The notes below the pieces were generated by a model that saw only the letters and a list, made by a program, of their open reading frames with translations, was not told where the DNA came from and ran no database searches. The position numbers were made by a program, and so were the translations under genes. DNA of 64,000 nt from an uncultured Alphaproteobacteria bacterium (GTDB taxonomy: Bacteria; Pseudomonadota; Alphaproteobacteria; Rhizobiales; Xanthobacteraceae): positions 11,850-75,849 of the forward strand of contig CAVPQT010000005.1 of assembly GCA_963707615.1 (NCBI GenBank), given 5' to 3'. Below are positions 1 through 10,029 of this stretch, piece by piece (positions within the stretch are counted from its first letter, which is position 1; every line of letters starts with the position of its first letter).

Positions 1-147
1 CTGTTCGAGCACTTCGAGCGCACGCGCGCCATTCGCAAGGGAATTGTCGAGATCGGTCAGGACTTACCGTCTCCCGATTTCGGTCGCCCGCACCCGGACT
101 TGCCGCACGAGCCGCTGCCGAAGCCTTACGCCTCGGAGAAGGGCTAG
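1..147 (+). CDS. 3' end of a gene truncated by the window edge; possibly a prephenate/cyclohexadienyl dehydrogenase (TyrC-like) C-terminus
   Basis: Frame +1 is open from the edge to TAG 145-147. The tail LFEHFERTRAIRKGIVEIGQDLPSPDFGRP resembles rhizobial TyrC C-termini from memory. Only 48 codons are visible. Confidence 0.3.
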   Translation: MFEHFERTRAIRKGIVEIGQDLPSPDFGRPHPDLPHEPLPKPYASEKG

Positions 148-1280
148 AACAAGGCCGGCGTATTGCCGATCGGGATCGGCCCGAGATAGACCGCACCGTC
201 GTTGAAACGAAGCGGCAACGTCACCGCGCGCTTGCCTTCAAGAGTCGTCTGCTCGCCCAGCATATTGATGCCGAGCGAAATATTCGCGCCCGCCTGCTGA
301 CGTGCGACATCGCCCAAACCAGGCGCCAAACGATCAAGCGCACCCGCGAGCCGATCCACGCTTGGCGAAGCCTGCACCCGCTGCTGCGCGCCAATGGCCG
401 TCAGAAACTGTTCAAGGCCCGCCATCGTGATGCGCAACTCACCTTCTAGCCGCCCGTCACTATTGAGCGACAGCGCGCCACCGCCGATTGCCAGGATATC
501 GCCCTGATGCAGCCGTACCTTGGTGATGTCGATGCGGCCGCCTGCAGCCTGCATCTCACGAAATCGTACCGGCCAGGGCTTGGGCGAGAAATCGTTCAGT
601 CCCCGGAGAACCGCAGTAACGTCGGCATCGATTGGCGTTGCGGCGGCCGGGTGCAGATTTGGCGCCGTGCCCTGATCAATCTGCACTGCAACTTCGATCA
701 CCGGTCGATTGGCGGCTGAGCCTTCCGTCATCCGGCCATGAAACTCGGCATGCCTTGCGCGCGCCATGCTTTCACGCGCGGCACCATTCGCACGCTCGAC
801 CGAAAGCAGATCGAATACCAGCGAGCCGCGTTCAGGAGCACTCGGCGTTCCGCGTACGCTTGATTGGGCGAGCTTCCAGTCGGCGACGAATTCCGGAGCC
901 TTTCCCGGTTCGCCGACGGTCAACGGCCCATGAAACTCGCTGATGAGCAAGCCAGGCTGATAGACTTGCGCGACCATCAAGAGGCTCGAGGTCCTGAGCT
1001 CAATCGGTGGCTGGTTGGTGCGCAACAGCGCGGCGGCCTGGTCGCAATTCACCTCTATGCGAAACGGAAAACCACCGACATCCTGCGACCCGCAGGTGTA
1101 AATACGGCCCGCTTTGGCCTCGCGCGCGCGCCAGCCTTCGATCGCCGTTTCGGCCTTGCCGGCGGCAAGCTTCCAGAAGGCAGTCCATCCGGCGATCAGG
1201 GCGAACACGATAAAGAGAAGGATCGTGTAGCGAAGTCCGGTCCGGCGCCGCGATTGAATGCTCGTTGGGTCACGCATCAT
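144..1280 (-). CDS. DUF2125-like membrane-anchored protein
   Basis: 378-aa ORF with an N-terminal TM helix (YTILLFIVFALIAGWTAFW) followed by a large extracytoplasmic-type domain. I recall this pattern as DUF2125 of Rhizobiales. Confidence 0.7.
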   Translation of the reverse strand: MMRDPTSIQSRRRTGLRYTILLFIVFALIAGWTAFWKLAAGKAETAIEGWRAREAKAGRIYTCGSQDVGGFPFRIEVNCDQAAALLRTNQPPIELRTSSLLMVAQVYQPGLLISEFHGPLTVGEPGKAPEFVADWKLAQSSVRGTPSAPERGSLVFDLLSVERANGAARESMARARHAEFHGRMTEGSAANRPVIEVAVQIDQGTAPNLHPAAATPIDADVTAVLRGLNDFSPKPWPVRFREMQAAGGRIDITKVRLHQGDILAIGGGALSLNSDGRLEGELRITMAGLEQFLTAIGAQQRVQASPSVDRLAGALDRLAPGLGDVARQQAGANISLGINMLGEQTTLEGKRAVTLPLRFNDGAVYLGPIPIGNTPALF

Positions 1281-1413
1281 CTAATTCAAAACCTGCGGAA
1301 TGCGGCGTTTCTGCGCCCACATTGATAGCCCGATTGCATGGGAACCCCGGCTTTGTTAGGTCGACGCAAAGTGCCAACCCCCAACCCCGTGGTCCGTCCT
1401 CCTCCCCACCACG

Positions 1414-1983
1414 ATGAATGCTCGGTCTCATCAAAGCAACGAGGACTTCTGGGTCTTTGCCTACGGATCGCTGATGTGGCGGCCCGGCTTCGATTTTCTC
1501 GAGCGGCGAAATGCCCGCCTGGTCGGAGCCCACCGCGCGCTTTGCGTCTACTCGTTCGTCCATCGCGGAACGCCTGAGAAACCAGGCCTGGTCCTCGGTC
1601 TCGATCGCGGGGGCAATTGCCGCGGTATCGCCTACCGTGTGGCGTCACCTCTGCGCGCGAAGACCATCGAATACCTGCGAGGCCGCGAGCAGGTCACCCG
1701 CGTCTATCGCGAGGCCTGGCGCAGGGTCTGGATTGACGATGACCCGCAGCAGAGCGTGCATGCGCTCTGCTACGTAGTTGATCGCGGTCATCGCCAATAT
1801 GCCGGTCAGCTAAGCCTTGCCGACCAGTTGCATTATGCCAGGCAGGGACACGGTCGCTCGGGGCCGTGCCGCGACTACGTGCTCGCGGCGGTGAAAGAGC
1901 TGCAAACTCTCGGAATCAAGGACACCGAGTTGCAAGTTCTGGCGGAGCGGCTGAGGGGCGCGCACGAATCATCCTCCGGATGA
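1414..1983 (+). CDS. chaC: ChaC-family gamma-glutamylcyclotransferase (glutathione-specific)
   Basis: 189 aa with WVFAYGSLMWRPGFDF near the N-terminus, plus LVLGLDRGG and YVVDRGH blocks typical of ChaC. Confidence 0.8.
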   Translation: MNARSHQSNEDFWVFAYGSLMWRPGFDFLERRNARLVGAHRALCVYSFVHRGTPEKPGLVLGLDRGGNCRGIAYRVASPLRAKTIEYLRGREQVTRVYREAWRRVWIDDDPQQSVHALCYVVDRGHRQYAGQLSLADQLHYARQGHGRSGPCRDYVLAAVKELQTLGIKDTELQVLAERLRGAHESSSG

Positions 1984-1988
1984 AACGT

Positions 1989-2768
1989 TCACTGCTTCAT
2001 TTGCGCGCGGCCCTCGGCAATCAGACGCGCCGTTGCACCTTCAAGGTCATTCTGCAGGCGCTCAAAAAATTCATCCTTGCCGAGACCGGGGGGGATCGGG
2101 TCGAGAATCTCAGCAACCACGGTCCCTGGAAAGCGCCGTAACGATCGGCGTGGCCAGAACAGACCGGAGTTAAGCGCAATCGGAAGGCACGGTACGCCTT
2201 CGGCTGCATAAAGATGGGCTACACCAATCTTGTAGCGCGGCTCGGCGCCCGCAGGCCGCCGCGTGCCTTCGGGAAAGATGATCAGTTGCCGATTGTCCGC
2301 CAATTCGATGCGGGCACGTTCGATCATATCGGTCAGCGCCTGCGAACCGCCGCCGCGCCGAACCGGCACCATGCGGCCCTTGATGGTCAGCCAGCCGAAG
2401 ATCGGAATTAACTGCAGCTCGCGCTTTAGAATAAAGACCGGGTTTTCCAGCAACGGCAGCAACGCGAACGTTTCCCAAGCCGACTGATGTTTGGAAGCGA
2501 CGATGAGTGGTCCCTTCGGGATTTTCTCGCGGCCACGGATTTCGCAATCGATCCCGGCGACCACGCGGAGCAATACGAGATTCGTACGGCCCCACGATTT
2601 GGCCACGCCGACAATGGCGCGATATGGCATGAAGAAAGTCGGCAACCCGATGATCAGGTAGATAACCGTGTTGAGGTAGAACAACGCGTTGAATGCGATT
2701 GACCGTAGGATAAGCACGGACGCCGTCCCCTCACACTGCGCTGTCGGTATCAAGGTGCATGCGCGCAA
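1989..2768 (-). CDS. plsC: 1-acyl-sn-glycerol-3-phosphate acyltransferase
   Basis: KHQSAWETF (HX4D/E acyltransferase block) and IFPEGTRR block. A GTG at 2717 (VLILRSIAF...) would remove the overlap with the upstream gene and may be the true start. Confidence 0.85.
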   Translation of the reverse strand: MRACTLIPTAQCEGTASVLILRSIAFNALFYLNTVIYLIIGLPTFFMPYRAIVGVAKSWGRTNLVLLRVVAGIDCEIRGREKIPKGPLIVASKHQSAWETFALLPLLENPVFILKRELQLIPIFGWLTIKGRMVPVRRGGGSQALTDMIERARIELADNRQLIIFPEGTRRPAGAEPRYKIGVAHLYAAEGVPCLPIALNSGLFWPRRSLRRFPGTVVAEILDPIPPGLGKDEFFERLQNDLEGATARLIAEGRAQMKQ

Positions 2769-3342
2769 GCGCCAGCACGTATTTCAGGTATTCAGCGAAA
2801 AGAAAACGTGCCGTATCCAGACTAGACCACCATGGTTCCGTTTTCACCTTCTCCGAAATCACCGGATAGGCAATCAGCGTGACATCCGGAAGCTGATGCG
2901 CCAGCTCGGCCATGGCGCGCGGCATGTGCCAATTTGACGTCACCACAATCAGCGAATTGAAGTTGTGCGCGCGAGCCCAACGTTTGGTTTCGAGTGCATT
3001 TCCGAAGGTATTGAGAGCGGACCGATCGAGATCGATGCAACACGTGAAGTATCTTGAATAAAGCGGCGTCAACCGCGCGATTTCCTTCGAACTGGTCGCG
3101 CGGTGAACTCCGGTGATGAGGAGCCGCTTGCCACGATCGGTTGCCAGCAACTCGATCGCATCGGGAATACGAGCCGCAGCGCCGGTCAGGGCCACGATGC
3201 CATCTGCCCTGGTATCGAGTGTTACTTCATCGCCCGCGATGTTGAAGATGAACCAGCCGAACCCCACCGCAAGCAAGATAATCGCGGTTGCACCGGCAGC
3301 CATGGTCAGGAAACCGATCCAGCGGGCAAGACCGGCAAACAT
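2731..3342 (-). CDS. DUF218/YdcF (SanA/ElyC-like) family protein
   Basis: 203 aa with an N-terminal TM helix, then LITGVH ... VVTSNWHMPRA, typical of DUF218 proteins. Confidence 0.75.
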   Translation of the reverse strand: MFAGLARWIGFLTMAAGATAIILLAVGFGWFIFNIAGDEVTLDTRADGIVALTGAAARIPDAIELLATDRGKRLLITGVHRATSSKEIARLTPLYSRYFTCCIDLDRSALNTFGNALETKRWARAHNFNSLIVVTSNWHMPRAMAELAHQLPDVTLIAYPVISEKVKTEPWWSSLDTARFLFAEYLKYVLALARMHLDTDSAV

Positions 3343-3343
3343 G

Positions 3344-4315
3344 TCAGTCGATCATTTCAAGCGTGTTGTTGACAGTTTGACGCGAGGTCAAGGCGGTGAC
3401 GGCAGCGATCAGAGCGATCTGAACCAGCATAAAAACATAGCCCATTAGACCAATCGAGAATGACCCGAAAAATACCGATGCCTGATCTCCGGCAGCCGTT
3501 CCGGCAGACCAACGGCTGATGACCCCGGCAAGGGCAAACAGGATGATCGCCGCACCGCCGCCGATGACGCCTCCTTGCAAGCCCAGCATCAAAAAATGGT
3601 GCTGGAAGTGCCGTGCGATGAAACCGTTCTTCGCACCGACGAAATGCAGCACCTCGATAACGGATTTGTTGGTCGCCATCGCCCCTCGGGTCGCGAAGGT
3701 GACCGACAACATAGTGGCGATGAACATCAAGATCAGAATTCCGATGCTCGCACCAACGGCGGTCCCCGCCATTGTGCGCATGCGGTCCATCCAGCCGCGG
3801 TGGTCGTCGAGAACGGCACCAGGGGCCTGGTCGCTCAGGACGCGCCTTAACTGCGCAAAGTCGGGCGCGGCACCCGGCGCGATCTTGAGCACGATCAGGC
3901 GCGGTACGGGCAATTCGTCCAGAGAAAGTCCGCTGCCCAGCCAGGGCTCGAGCAATTTGTTGGACTCCTCCTTTGAGAACGCCGTGACCTCGGCAATTCC
4001 AGGAAATGCGCGTGCTGCCGCGACGGCTTTTTCAACGGTGGCATCGACATCGCGGCCGGACGCCGGAGACACCTGAACCGTCACTTCGCGCGAGATGTCC
4101 GATTGCCACTCGCCCGCGGCTCTGCTCACGAGCACCGTGGCACCCGTGGTCAGCGACGCAAGAAAGGTCATGATGGCAACGACCGCGACGAGCGCGCGGC
4201 CGGAAATTGAGTTGCGCGGCACGAGCGGCGTTTCGAAACGCGGAAGTGCGTCTGCCGGCATTCGCAACGGCGTGGAAAATTTTCCCTGACCGGTGTCCGT
4301 CATTCCGTTCCTCAA
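3344..4315 (-). CDS. ftsX: Cell division ABC transporter permease FtsX
   Basis: 323 aa with TM1, a large periplasmic loop and three C-terminal TM helices. Overlaps the ftsE stop by 4 nt. Confidence 0.85.
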   Translation of the reverse strand: MRNGMTDTGQGKFSTPLRMPADALPRFETPLVPRNSISGRALVAVVAIMTFLASLTTGATVLVSRAAGEWQSDISREVTVQVSPASGRDVDATVEKAVAAARAFPGIAEVTAFSKEESNKLLEPWLGSGLSLDELPVPRLIVLKIAPGAAPDFAQLRRVLSDQAPGAVLDDHRGWMDRMRTMAGTAVGASIGILILMFIATMLSVTFATRGAMATNKSVIEVLHFVGAKNGFIARHFQHHFLMLGLQGGVIGGGAAIILFALAGVISRWSAGTAAGDQASVFFGSFSIGLMGYVFMLVQIALIAAVTALTSRQTVNNTLEMID

Positions 4316-5013
4316 TCGTAGATGTGCAGCCGGCCGTCATGCAGCACCAACCGCCGCGCATCGTACTGATCCATAAGGGCGATGTCGTGGGTCGCAATAA
4401 CAACCGAGGTCCCTGACTTGTTAAGCTCGATGAACAACCGCAGGAGGCGTTGCGCCAAAGTCGGGTCGACGTTTCCGGTGGGTTCATCCGCCAGCAGGAG
4501 CTGAGGCCGCGCGATCACCGCGCGTGCGATCGCGGCGCGCTGCTTTTCACCGCCGGAGAGAACCGGCGGCAGCGCCCACATCCGCTCGCCAAGACCAACC
4601 CAGTTGAGCAGCTCGACGACCTCATCGCGATAGCTTTCCTCGGGCCGGCCCATGACCCGCAACGGCAGGGCGACGTTCTCGTAGGTGGTCATGTGGTCGA
4701 GCAGGCGGAAGTCCTGAAACACGATCCCGATGCGACGACGCAAGGTCGCCACCGCATCGCGCGAGAGCGTAGCCACATCGTGGCCGAACTGGGTAATCAG
4801 GCCTCGCGTCGGCTTCATCGACAGAAACAAAAGGCGCAATAGGGAGGTCTTGCCGGCGCCCGAAGGGCCCGTGAGGAACTGGAAGGAATGCGGATCAATG
4901 CGGAACGAGAGGTCCCGTAGAACCTCCGGTCCCAGACCGTAGCGCAAGCCAACGTTCTCGAATCGGACCACCCACCCCTCTCCGACAAATTCGCAATAAG
5001 GCGGCCGAATCAC
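4312..5013 (-). CDS. ftsE: Cell division ATP-binding protein FtsE
   Basis: Walker A GPSGAGKTS, signature LSGGEKQR, Walker B LLLADEPT. The true start is probably a few codons inside the listed ORF (VVRFENVGLRYG). Confidence 0.9.
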   Translation of the reverse strand: MIRPPYCEFVGEGWVVRFENVGLRYGLGPEVLRDLSFRIDPHSFQFLTGPSGAGKTSLLRLLFLSMKPTRGLITQFGHDVATLSRDAVATLRRRIGIVFQDFRLLDHMTTYENVALPLRVMGRPEESYRDEVVELLNWVGLGERMWALPPVLSGGEKQRAAIARAVIARPQLLLADEPTGNVDPTLAQRLLRLFIELNKSGTSVVIATHDIALMDQYDARRLVLHDGRLHIYD

Positions 5014-5096
5014 TCGTCGGCCGTGGTCCTCGACATGTACAGAAACCCGTCCCCGCTCGCATACCCGTCCAGAACTGTGCTGTTTTTTTACAGGAT

Positions 5097-5114
5097 TATG
5101 GCAAGCCTGCCATA
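5097..5114. promoter_or_regulatory. Perfect palindrome TATGGCA-N4-TGCCATA in the ftsE / zinc-ribbon divergent gap
   Basis: Read directly: tatggca agcc tgccata. About 85-125 nt upstream of ftsE and 109 nt upstream of the + strand gene. Function unknown. Confidence 0.3.
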
Positions 5115-5222
5115 GCGGTTTGGGCGAGAACCAGTAATTCCTCCCATGTTTCCGGGGCTTGCCATGGTTTCCGATCCATTAACGGACGGCTGGTAGCTTG
5201 GCACCTGAACGCCTATTGCGCC

Positions 5223-6107
5223 ATGCACATCGTCTGCCCGAATTGCTCAACGTCTTATGCGATCGAACCGGCCTCGCTGGGTGCTGCCGGCCGCGCCGTT
5301 CGTTGCGCCCGTTGCAAAACCACGTGGTTCGCGAATGGTCCGCAAGCCGTCCCCGAAATGGCCACCGCGGACACCACGGGCGAAGCCCAGGAGGCCTTCA
5401 AAGGGGTGATTCGCCCCGACCAGCCACTTGGCACCGCGGGAGAAGCTGAGGCTCCGCCGCCTGAAGAGACCGATCATGCCGCCGAGACAATGGGACACGG
5501 CGAATCGGTACCTGTCACCGACATTCCAGTCGCCATGGATGCACCGTCGCTCGTGCCATCCATCGAGTCACCTGCGACTCCGGATGCCGCCTCGGATCAG
5601 GACGAGATTGAAAGCTTTGCCGCCCGCCGCAAGCGGCTTCAAATCCGACGCAAGCAGGCGCGACGCTCATCGCGCTGGACGGCACTCATCCTGGTGCTGT
5701 TCGCGTTCAACGTTGCGCTGGTCGGGGCTCGCAGCGAGGTCGTGCGATTTTTTCCGCAGACAGCTTCGCTCTTTGCTGGCGTCGGTCTGCCGGTCAATCT
5801 GCGTAACCTGAAATTCGAAAACATGCGGATCTCAAAGGAAACCCAGGAAGGCCTGTCTTCCCTCGTCGTTGAAGGCAACATCGTCAGCGTCAGCAACCGA
5901 CCGTCCGAGGTACCGCGCCTGCGCTTTGCGGCACGCGACGCCGCGGGACAGGAAGTCTACACCTGGACTGCACCGCCCGGTCGCAGCATCCTTGCCCCGG
6001 GAGAAAAACTTGAATTCCGCAGCCGCTTTGTCTCGCCACCCGATAATGCGGTCGATGTGATGGTGCGCTTCATCAACGCCCAAGATGCGGCACCCGCGGC
6101 CAAGTAA
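5223..6107 (+). CDS. MJ0042-type zinc-ribbon / DUF3426 membrane protein
   Basis: N-terminus MHIVCPNCSTSYAI...VRCARCKTTWF (CxxC...CxxC zinc ribbon), an acidic/Pro-rich linker, one TM helix (WTALILVLFAFNVALVG), then a C-terminal DUF3426-like domain. Confidence 0.75.
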   Translation: MHIVCPNCSTSYAIEPASLGAAGRAVRCARCKTTWFANGPQAVPEMATADTTGEAQEAFKGVIRPDQPLGTAGEAEAPPPEETDHAAETMGHGESVPVTDIPVAMDAPSLVPSIESPATPDAASDQDEIESFAARRKRLQIRRKQARRSSRWTALILVLFAFNVALVGARSEVVRFFPQTASLFAGVGLPVNLRNLKFENMRISKETQEGLSSLVVEGNIVSVSNRPSEVPRLRFAARDAAGQEVYTWTAPPGRSILAPGEKLEFRSRFVSPPDNAVDVMVRFINAQDAAPAAK

Positions 6108-6145
6108 GTCCCGCGCGAGTTCGCAAACAGCCAGAAAAGTTTGAC

Positions 6146-8674
6146 TCAGAAGTCCTTGAGCAGCCGCTCGATGTAGTCGAGCTCAAGCTGCGGCCGGAAG
6201 CTTTCGCCGAAGCGCTTGCGCAGTTCCTCGAGAATGCGCCGCGCTCGTTGCGCGTCGATCTCGCCCGGCACCTTCACCGTCAGGTCGTCGCCGTAGTCGC
6301 GGCCGCGCATGGGTCGACCAAGCGGATCGGTGTCCTGTTGAGCGCGCGCCTGCCCCCGGCCTGGCCGTCCGTTCGGCCCAGGCCCCATGCCTTGTTGCTG
6401 CATCGATTGCGCCAACCCTTGCGCGCCCTTGCGCATGGCATCGAGCGCGCGACCCTGACTGTCCACCGCACTGTCAGCATCACCCTCCCCGAGCTGGCCT
6501 TCGGCCTGACCCATGGCATCCCCGGCTTCGCCGAGTTGACCCATTTCGTTGCCTTCGCCCTGCTGTCCCGGCTGACCCATGCCGCGCTGGCGCAGCTGCT
6601 CCAGGAGTTTGTTCAGGCGGTCCTTCAAACCTTGCTGGTCCTGACGCAGATCGCCCATCTGGTTGCCCTGGCCGGGCTGCTGTCCGCGCTGACGATCGCG
6701 TCGACTGTCCTGACCCTGGCGAAACGTCTTGTCGCGCAGCTGCTGCTGCTTGCGAATGACATCGCCCAATTCATCCAGCGCGGACATCATGTCGTCATCG
6801 CCGTCGTCGCCACCTGAGGCACCGGGGCGCGCCATCTGCAGATTTTCAAGCATCGATTGCAGTTCTTCGAGGAGCCGTCGCGCGGCATCCTTGTTGCCGG
6901 ACCGAGCCAGGTTTTCCAGCCGGTCCAGCATGCTCTTGAGATCCTGCTGGCTGAGCATGCGCGTGTTGCGGTCGAGCGGCCTTGAAAGCTGCTGCGGATT
7001 CTTGCGCATCTCTTCGGCGAGCGCCTGCATGAACTTGTCCATGGCGGCGCGCAGCTGTTCCATCAGCTTTTTGATTTCTTCGTCGCTCGCGCCGCGCTCA
7101 AGCGCCTGGCGCAACGCCTCCTGCGCCTGCCGCAACGCCTGCTCGGCCTGCGAGACGTTTCCGTCTTCGAGCTGTACCGCCATGTCCCACAGCCGCGCGA
7201 CGACCTCGCGGAGCGCATCGTCGTTCTTTGCGTGCTCGAGATCGTGATAGATCGAACGCAATCCGAGATAGACGCCGGATTCCGGCGTGAACCGCTCCGG
7301 TGCAATGGACAGCGCATCGAGCGCAGTCAGCACCAGCGGTTTGGATTCCGCGTCGAGCGCGAGAATACGTCGCTGCTCGATCAGGGCGCGGGCGAGCGGC
7401 TTCACGAAGATGCGCTGCGGCAGTTGCAACTCGTGCGGCTGGCTGCGGCCGAGGTTGCCCGCTTCGTCTTTTGCCGTGAGCGTCAGAGTAACGTCAGCGC
7501 CGGCCCATGGATGCTCGGTGAGGTCGTGGGTCGTTTGCGCCGTTCCAGCTTTGGTGCGGGCCTGCGGAAGCGTTAGTCCGAATTCAGGCGCACCGAAAAG
7601 CGGGCGTGGCGGCTTCTCGGATGATTGTTCTTCCTTCAGCGCAAACGTGGCCTTGGCTTCGACGACGCCATAGTCGTCGTCCATTTTGTAATCGAGACGG
7701 AGCGCACCTCGCGCCTGGCGTTCAGGATCCCTGATCAGCTCGATGTTTGGCGCGCGATCGGGAATGGCGGTGAAATTCCACACCAGATCGGAGCCGAGAA
7801 CGCCGTGAACCGCCGCGGATCCGTCGCCTTTGATCAAGAGCCGCCGCTCCTCGGTCCCGGCGGGTAAGGGCGCGCGCGCTTCAGCAGGCGCCGGCTCGAT
7901 GCCGCCCGTATTGAGGATATCGAAACGCACCTGACCGGTGGCCCGGATGACCAATTGACTGCCGACCGGCACCGCCACGGGTGAGCTCGCTTGCGCGGTT
8001 TCACCCGGGCGCAGACCCGGGAGCATCACGGGTGCGCGTCCGGTATAGACCGGCGGTGTCACCCAGGCATCGATGCGGAAATTCGCCGGCGCGACGACGC
8101 CGTGCCAATCGAATGCCGCGGCAATGCGTTTTGTCCGCTCGCCACCGGCGGCAAAGAAACTCGCCGCCACAAGAATGAGGACGAGCGCGCGGAAAGCCAT
8201 GGGGTCGCGCAGGGACAGTCGCGGTGACGGCCATCCGGCCTTGAATTTGCGCGCCGAAAGCAGTGCGCGCTCGACGTGCGCCTGCCAAAGCGCCTGCGCA
8301 ACCGGATCCTGACGGTTGGCAGCGATACGATCGGCCACCGTGGTCGCCGGGCGATGTGTTTCACCCGTGCTGCGATCGAGCCGCCGCAGGCCATCCTGGA
8401 TGCTGGGAAGACGAACGATGAGCAATGGCAACGCCGATGCAACGAGCGCGACCGCGAAAACGAACAGCCCGATGGCGCGAGCGAGCGGCGGCAAGACCAG
8501 CCACAGGCCCGCCCACGAAAAAGCGAGGAAAAGTCCGAGTACGGTTGCCAGCGCCGCAAGCGCCGGCCACAGCCGTTCCCACAGCAGACTGCCGCGTGCA
8601 CGCCGGAGCGCCTGCGCGAGCAAAAACCTCGCGGACCGTTCGCTTGCGTGAGACCGGTTTTCTGCTTCGTCCAA
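6146..8674 (-). CDS. TIGR02302/DUF4175-family large membrane protein
   Basis: 842 aa with N-terminal TM helices, a long extracytoplasmic region and a coiled-coil, Gln/Gly/Asp-rich C-terminal third. Its position next to lysA is as recalled in Rhizobiales. Confidence 0.65.
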   Translation of the reverse strand: MDEAENRSHASERSARFLLAQALRRARGSLLWERLWPALAALATVLGLFLAFSWAGLWLVLPPLARAIGLFVFAVALVASALPLLIVRLPSIQDGLRRLDRSTGETHRPATTVADRIAANRQDPVAQALWQAHVERALLSARKFKAGWPSPRLSLRDPMAFRALVLILVAASFFAAGGERTKRIAAAFDWHGVVAPANFRIDAWVTPPVYTGRAPVMLPGLRPGETAQASSPVAVPVGSQLVIRATGQVRFDILNTGGIEPAPAEARAPLPAGTEERRLLIKGDGSAAVHGVLGSDLVWNFTAIPDRAPNIELIRDPERQARGALRLDYKMDDDYGVVEAKATFALKEEQSSEKPPRPLFGAPEFGLTLPQARTKAGTAQTTHDLTEHPWAGADVTLTLTAKDEAGNLGRSQPHELQLPQRIFVKPLARALIEQRRILALDAESKPLVLTALDALSIAPERFTPESGVYLGLRSIYHDLEHAKNDDALREVVARLWDMAVQLEDGNVSQAEQALRQAQEALRQALERGASDEEIKKLMEQLRAAMDKFMQALAEEMRKNPQQLSRPLDRNTRMLSQQDLKSMLDRLENLARSGNKDAARRLLEELQSMLENLQMARPGASGGDDGDDDMMSALDELGDVIRKQQQLRDKTFRQGQDSRRDRQRGQQPGQGNQMGDLRQDQQGLKDRLNKLLEQLRQRGMGQPGQQGEGNEMGQLGEAGDAMGQAEGQLGEGDADSAVDSQGRALDAMRKGAQGLAQSMQQQGMGPGPNGRPGRGQARAQQDTDPLGRPMRGRDYGDDLTVKVPGEIDAQRARRILEELRKRFGESFRPQLELDYIERLLKDF

Positions 8675-8759
8675 AAGTCGCTCCGACTCCCAGGGTCAGG
8701 AGAATCTGCCCGTCAAGGTACCACGCACCGACCCGACCGGCCATGCGCGTATGGATGGC

Positions 8760-10022
8760 TCACAGCCAATCCGGCATCCGATCGAGAGCAATCAATTGGT
8801 CAACTTCAAGGCGCGGGCGTATCAGCGCCCATTCGTCGCCCTTGACCAGCACTTCGGGTACCAGGGCCCGCGTGTTGTAGGTACCCGCCTGGACGGCGCC
8901 ATAGGCGCCTGCCGACATCACGGCAAGCAATGCACCTTCCGCCGGTTCCAGCATCTCCCGGTTGACGGCGAGGAAATCGCCGCTCTCACACACTGGCCCC
9001 ACCACGTCGGCGCGAATGCGGCGCCCGGACGGCTTTTTCGCTACGGGCCAAATCTCGTGGTGCGCGTCATATAGCGTCGGGCGAATAAGATCGTTCATGG
9101 CGGCGTCGACCACGACGAAGTTCTTCGCTTCGCCGTGTTTCACAAACAGCACGCGCGTCACCAGGATCCCTGCATTGCCCACGAGCAGGCGACCGGGCTC
9201 AAAGATCAACCGGCAATCGAGATCGCGTGTCGCCCGTTTGACAACTTCGGCGTAGGCCTCGGGGTGCGGTGGTGGTTCGTTGTCGTCGCGATACGGAATT
9301 CCCAAGCCGCCGCCAAGATCGACATGCGAGATCTTGTGGCCGTCGCCGCGCAGGACCCGAACAAATTCGGCGAGCAACGCGAAAGCATTTCCGAACGGGT
9401 CGAGTTCGGTGATCTGACTGCCGATGTGCATATCGACGCCGGCGACTTCGAGAGCCTTGAGCTTGGCGGCCCGCGCGTAAATCTCGCGCGCGCGGCTGAT
9501 CGGAATGCCGAACTTGTTCTCCGCCTTTCCCGTCGCAATCTTGTGGTGTGTCTTGGCGTCAATGTCGGGATTGACGCGGATCGAAATCCGCGCAATGCGT
9601 CCCTTCGCCGAAGCAATCGACGACAGCAGTTCGAGCTCCGCTTCCGATTCGACATTGACGCAGAGAATTCCTTCATCGACGGCCGATACAAGTTCGGAAG
9701 CGGTCTTGCCGATGCCGGAAAACATGATCTTCTCCGGCGGAATTCCGGCAAGGCGCGCGCGCTTGAGTTCGCCGCCCGATACGACGTCAGCGCCGGCACC
9801 AAGCTTCGCGAGCGTTGCGACGATCGCCTGATTGGAGTTGGCCTTCATGGCGTAGCAGACAAGCGCGCGCACGTCGGCAAACGCATCCGCAAAAACCTGA
9901 TAGTGACGCGTGAGGGTCGCGGTCGAGTAACAATAAAATGGTGTGCCGACCTCGGCGGCGAGCGTATCGAGGTTCACCGCCTCGGCGTGCAACACGCCGT
10001 CGCGATAGGCAAAGTGGTGCAT
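8760..10022 (-). CDS. lysA: Diaminopimelate decarboxylase
   Basis: Fold-III PLP decarboxylase motifs (YAMKAN, HIGSQ, GGGLGIPY, CESGD). The start chosen is MHHFAYRDGVLHAE, and the 28 extra N-terminal codons of the ORF look non-coding. Confidence 0.9.
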   Translation of the reverse strand: MHHFAYRDGVLHAEAVNLDTLAAEVGTPFYCYSTATLTRHYQVFADAFADVRALVCYAMKANSNQAIVATLAKLGAGADVVSGGELKRARLAGIPPEKIMFSGIGKTASELVSAVDEGILCVNVESEAELELLSSIASAKGRIARISIRVNPDIDAKTHHKIATGKAENKFGIPISRAREIYARAAKLKALEVAGVDMHIGSQITELDPFGNAFALLAEFVRVLRGDGHKISHVDLGGGLGIPYRDDNEPPPHPEAYAEVVKRATRDLDCRLIFEPGRLLVGNAGILVTRVLFVKHGEAKNFVVVDAAMNDLIRPTLYDAHHEIWPVAKKPSGRRIRADVVGPVCESGDFLAVNREMLEPAEGALLAVMSAGAYGAVQAGTYNTRALVPEVLVKGDEWALIRPRLEVDQLIALDRMPDWL

Positions 10023-10029
10023 GGCACGC

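Noticed and set aside
5199-5220. Sigma54-like TGGCAC element before the zinc-ribbon gene
   Set aside because: The position 5 nt downstream reads CGCC rather than TTGC. The nearest TTGC is 11 nt away, so the spacing is wrong.
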